Source: Vicinamibacteria bacterium (lineage in GTDB: Bacteria; Acidobacteriota; Vicinamibacteria; Vicinamibacterales; UBA8438). From it: a stretch of DNA of 64,000 bases. The translations under genes were made by a program, and so were the position numbers. Location: the NCBI GenBank assembly GCA_963578805.1, contig CAUZDY010000001.1, positions 8,043 through 72,042 on the forward strand. Direction: 5' to 3'. The notes under the pieces are model-generated. The model saw only the letters and a program-made list of their open reading frames with translations. It searched no databases and was not told where the DNA came from. The stretch's first letter is position 1, and each line of letters begins with the position of its first letter. This document shows, piece after piece, positions 60,481 through 64,000 of the stretch.

Positions 60481-60882
60481 TTATCTGAGCGTGGACGCGC
60501 TGATAAGGCTCGTGAGAAATTCAACCCCCAAAGCATGCTTCGGACTTGCACCGAACCTGTTGGCCATCTCGCCGCCTGGGGTTGTCATGAACACCAAGGA
60601 CACGATGGCGCCCAAGAGCGGTACGAGCAAGGTCGGGAGCCATCATCCGCTGCGGTTGGTTTCATGAAGACGCCGAACAGTCACTGCAAGGCCCAGAAGC
60701 ACCACGGCCAAGTTGTATAGGAGTGGAAGAGCCCGGATGTCGCCCCCCATGAGCGACCCATTGACAAGGCCAGGCACAACCAGCGCGCTGATGAGCACGA
60801 ACAGCCAGTACTCATTGCGCCGAGCTCGTCCCGCAAACACGGCGTACTGGCGCAATGCTGTTGAATACCACTCCATAGCCAC
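60481..60882 (-). pseudogene. DUF805-family inner-membrane protein interrupted by an in-frame TGA
   Basis: ORF 60643..60882 reads YAVFAGRARRNEYWLFVL...LAVTVRRLHETNRSG and stops at TGA. The same frame continues WLPTLLVPLLGAIVSLVFMTTPGGEMANRFGASP, completing the DUF805 pattern (RRLHDxxxSGWW...NrfG). Confidence 0.7.
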
Positions 60883-60939
60883 ATCACCGTGTCTAGTGCC
60901 GGGGCACTACAGTCGGGATCCGAACAGGTTGCCCGCAGG

Positions 60940-62280
60940 TCAGGGTCGTGTCTTGTGCTCTGCCTGTGTCGGGTCGGCCATCACCACTGTAGAGAGTTGT
61001 GCGGCGAGGATCATTGCCGTCGCCTGCACGCCATCACTCGCTTCCCACCCGTGCCGCACCTCGGCAGACAAGACGCCGACACATCGGCTGGTATTGGCCG
61101 TGGAGGAAACAAGGGGCACAGCCACTGCCCCGTGGCCGCGCTCTCCGCCGGGGACAATCTGGAGCCGAGCTGTTCGGTAGGCGGTTGCGGTCGCGCTTTC
61201 ACCATCGCACGCCAGCCGTGCCAGCCGGGCCAAGGTCTGCGGGGCGTAGCCATGGCCAATCGCGGGGCGAAGCGCCAGCCCGCTGCTGTCACGAACCCAG
61301 ACGACGAGGCCCGAGGCGTTCAAAAGATCTCCGGCTCGACTCAGCAGGTTGTCAAGCTCGTCGCTTGTGGAGACTTGCCCGAGGTCAGTGCACAGCTGAG
61401 CGGTAGTCGCCAGGTCAGGGACGACGGTTGTGGCGGCGGATCGGTCCGGATCCTTTGCCAGGTCAGTTCCGACGGCCCAATCGGCTGGTGAGACCGGTTC
61501 CTTACGGGGGCGGGTCGATTCCAGATCTAGCTCGAGAGCGCCTAGTGCGGGAACCGGTTCCGTCTCCGGTGGGTCACCCGGGTCGATTTCAAAATCCGCC
61601 GAAACCAGCGCGGCATCCGTAGGCACTGACGCGGCTGTTGTGTCGACCTGGTGTTCTGTGGTCGTCAATTCGGAGACCTCAAATGGAGTATGAGGCACCG
61701 GCAGAAGCACGAAAGCGATAACAACAACAACAGCTGCTGCAACAACTACCGTCATGACGTCGTCAGTGCGAAGTTCACCCAGCCGTCTGAATCGTACCTC
61801 GGCCTCGACGGATCTGGCACGAGCGAGCTGTTGAGACACCTGTCGCGTGAGCTCTTGCCCATCCGTAAAGACCAAGTCTGACGCCATCAGGACTTGGCCG
61901 ATCGTGGTGTGGCTCCGGGCTGATTCGCCCACGCGCTTCAGGCGCTCCACGAGTGCATCAGCAGCGGTAACGATCTCAACCGCCTCGCTGGATTGAGACA
62001 TTGCCCGGAGATCGGCTAATCCACCCTTCAGTCTGCCGAGATGGGTGGCGACTTGTGCATACCACTCATCCGGATCCTGGCCGCTGGCTACGTACGCCTG
62101 CTGAGCAGAGCGGAGATCGGCCAAGACAACGGTAAGCGTCCACGCCAGCTTGTCGTAGGTACTGGCGGCGTCGTTTTCGAAGCTACGTTGCTGCTCGGAG
62201 TGGAGTAGGCGGTACCCTGAGGTGAAGACTACGGCCAGTATGATGATGACGAAACTCAGTCTCACCCACGGCCAACTCAT
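60940..62280 (-). CDS. Membrane protein with periplasmic-type helical region and C-terminal GAF-like domain
   Basis: 446 aa. Two TM segments (residues ~6-25 and ~185-205), an acidic Pro-rich linker, and a C-terminal ~150 aa with a GAF-like pattern (LLNASGLVVWVRD...GAVAVPLV...CVGVLSAE...ILAAQLS). Confidence 0.55.
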   Translation of the reverse strand: MSWPWVRLSFVIIILAVVFTSGYRLLHSEQQRSFENDAASTYDKLAWTLTVVLADLRSAQQAYVASGQDPDEWYAQVATHLGRLKGGLADLRAMSQSSEAVEIVTAADALVERLKRVGESARSHTTIGQVLMASDLVFTDGQELTRQVSQQLARARSVEAEVRFRRLGELRTDDVMTVVVAAAVVVVIAFVLLPVPHTPFEVSELTTTEHQVDTTAASVPTDAALVSADFEIDPGDPPETEPVPALGALELDLESTRPRKEPVSPADWAVGTDLAKDPDRSAATTVVPDLATTAQLCTDLGQVSTSDELDNLLSRAGDLLNASGLVVWVRDSSGLALRPAIGHGYAPQTLARLARLACDGESATATAYRTARLQIVPGGERGHGAVAVPLVSSTANTSRCVGVLSAEVRHGWEASDGVQATAMILAAQLSTVVMADPTQAEHKTRP

Positions 62281-62350
62281 GCATTCCTACTATAACACCT
62301 AGATCCGTAACGCTCGATAGAGAGACAAAGCGTTTCATGCCGATCGTATC

Positions 62351-63253
62351 GTGAGCAATGAAATGAGAGCTGGAATCATCATCAATCCAATCGCCGGGTC
62401 TGTATATCGCCGACACACCGACGCACGAGTGGCGCTCGCACACGATGTTCTTCGCCGGTGCGGTATCGAAGGCGACGTATTTGTGACGATGCGCCGTGGT
62501 CACGCGCGCGAACTCTCCCGTTCGTGTGTCGACCGCGCAGTCGACACTGTCGTGGCGTGGGGTGGGGATGGCACCGTCAACGAAGTGGCGTCCGAAGTTG
62601 CCTTTCACAGCTCGGCGCTGGGGATTGTGCCCGGGGGCTCCGGCAATGGGCTTGCGCGCGAGCTTGGATTGCCTCAGCGGGACCCAGCCAGATCCCTGAT
62701 GACGGCCCTCCAGGGTGAGCCCCGCGCGATCGATGCCGGCGAATTAGGTGGGCGTCTGTTTTTTAATGTCGCTGGTGTCGGACTCGATGCACACCTCGCC
62801 GCAGTGTTCAACTCGCGTACAACGCGAGGCCTGTGCGGATACATGGGTTCGACAGTACGGGAGATGCTGGCATACGAATCGAGCTACTACATTCTTCGGG
62901 TCAGTGATGTCGCTGTCAGCCAGAAGGCGCTGATAGTAGCCCTAGCGAACACCCGGCAGTATGGTGTCAACGTGCAGATCGCGCCGCTGGCGCGACCCGA
63001 CGATGGCCTACTCGAGCTGGTGGTTCTACCCTCGGTTTCCCCGCTCGTGGCACTATGGCACGGGCGTCGGCTGCTCACGGGAACGGTTCACGAGATCCCC
63101 GGTGTCACGATGCAGTCAGTGCGCGCGGTTGATATTGCCAGCGACTCGCTTCTAGACTTCCATGTTGACGGAGAAGTGTTTCAGGGTCGTGAAACACTGT
63201 CGGCAAAGGTTCACCCCGGGGCACTCCGAGTCAGGTGTGGTACTACGTCCTGA
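62351..63253 (+). CDS. Diacylglycerol/lipid kinase family protein (YegS/BmrU-like)
   Basis: 300 aa, GTG start. IIINPIAGS, WGGDGTVNEV, GIVPGGSGNGLAREL motifs. Confidence 0.85.
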   Translation: MSNEMRAGIIINPIAGSVYRRHTDARVALAHDVLRRCGIEGDVFVTMRRGHARELSRSCVDRAVDTVVAWGGDGTVNEVASEVAFHSSALGIVPGGSGNGLARELGLPQRDPARSLMTALQGEPRAIDAGELGGRLFFNVAGVGLDAHLAAVFNSRTTRGLCGYMGSTVREMLAYESSYYILRVSDVAVSQKALIVALANTRQYGVNVQIAPLARPDDGLLELVVLPSVSPLVALWHGRRLLTGTVHEIPGVTMQSVRAVDIASDSLLDFHVDGEVFQGRETLSAKVHPGALRVRCGTTS

Positions 63254-63261
63254 GGCGGGGA

Positions 63262-64000
63262 TCAGTCATCCGTTTGGGTCACGTCGTTTGAGCCTGAGTC
63301 GGTCGAGGGAGCCGAGCCACCGACTCGTAAGATCGCGTAGGTGGGTAGTCCAAACGACTCGAACCGCTTCATGACTTCACGGGCCGGCGACAGGCTGAGA
63401 TCCTCGGCCTGAAACTTGATCTTCACGTACTGGTCGAGCGCCGCTTCGACGGCTGGATCTTTCAGCGTGGTTCGGTCCATCGTGAGACAGTTCTTGCACC
63501 AGGTGGCCCAGACATCGACCAGTACCATCTTGTCGTCGGTCTGAGCCGATTGTAGACCCTGGTCCAGTGAGGCATACCAGCCCTCGTCCAGCAGCAGCTG
63601 GACGCTCGTTGCTACCTCTTCCGGGTCGACCCATCGTTGGCTAAAAAGCCCGTACGACAGATATCCGTAGTACATTGCGGTCCCTAGGATAAAAACGCCG
63701 AAAGCCTGCTTGACTCGTAGCATCCACACTCCAGGCTTCGGCAGGAACGTCAAACCTGCTCCCGCGATGGGCCATGGCAACGCCATCCCCACACCGAGAA
63801 GAAACGGGAGCACCAAGGCAACCGTCATTCCGGTCGCGTACAGATTGCTGGAAAAGACGATCACTTGAATGACAACCGGTGCGACGCAGGCCCCAGCCAG
63901 TAATGCGGCGACGCCACCCATCCCGAATGCCACAAGAAACGACCCGGTGCCCGACGAGGCTTTGCGAGTGAGTTGATTCTGGAAGCTCGAAAAGTCGATG
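63262..64000 (-). CDS. dsbD: Thiol:disulfide interchange protein DsbD-like (C-terminal part; 5' end beyond window)
   Basis: The reading frame stays open to the window edge. TM helices with ...LAGACVAPVV..., then a thioredoxin domain VLVDVWATWCKNCLTMD. Confidence 0.8.
   Translation of the reverse strand, partial: IDFSSFQNQLTRKASSGTGSFLVAFGMGGVAALLAGACVAPVVIQVIVFSSNLYATGMTVALVLPFLLGVGMALPWPIAGAGLTFLPKPGVWMLRVKQAFGVFILGTAMYYGYLSYGLFSQRWVDPEEVATSVQLLLDEGWYASLDQGLQSAQTDDKMVLVDVWATWCKNCLTMDRTTLKDPAVEAALDQYVKIKFQAEDLSLSPAREVMKRFESFGLPTYAILRVGGSAPSTDSGSNDVTQTDD

Noticed and set aside
60643-60645. TGA read as Trp (alternative genetic code) explaining the DUF805 interruption.
   Set aside because: TGA terminates many well-conserved genes in this window at their expected lengths, including several ATGA stop/start overlaps. 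The standard code applies.

Overview
Origin-proximal chromosomal segment of a GC-rich, probably diderm bacterium (long periplasmic-type YidC, SurA-like chaperone). The core is a classic origin neighbourhood. On the minus strand lie dnaN-gyrB-gyrA. An AT-rich 1.2 kb gap carrying DnaA boxes follows. On the plus strand run rpmH-rnpA-yidD-yidC-jag-mnmE-mnmG-rsmG, then parS-parA-parB and atpHAGDC. No dnaA or recF is present in the window.

Left of the origin are tRNA-Ser, serS, galU, rsmI, glmU, glmS, pcrA and a ten-gene Mrp/Mbh-type cation antiporter cluster. Right of the atp genes are a PP2C phosphatase, a Wzm/Wzt polysaccharide ABC exporter, mfd, a SurA-like PPIase and dusB. A regulatory cluster follows: a sigma-54 activator, an HTH gene coupled to a stand-alone histidine-kinase H-box mini-protein, a FliA-type sigma factor behind a textbook sigma-54 promoter, a soluble hybrid kinase and a PCYCGC protein. 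The window ends with a FabZ-like gene, a GAF membrane protein, a lipid kinase and a partial DsbD.

Decay and mosaic signals:
- an integrase remnant beside tRNA-Ser
- a triple-frameshifted CDF transporter
- a DUF805 gene with an in-frame TGA
- four low-GC patches: the 3' half of rsmI, the region downstream of glmS, dnaN plus the origin, and the rsmG-parA spacer

I see no defence system, CRISPR array, rRNA or intact mobile element. The most system-like novelty is the sigma-54 / DHp-only / FliA-type / hybrid-kinase cluster at 53.6-59.1 kb. All calls come from reading the sequence and the ORF track; no searches were run.
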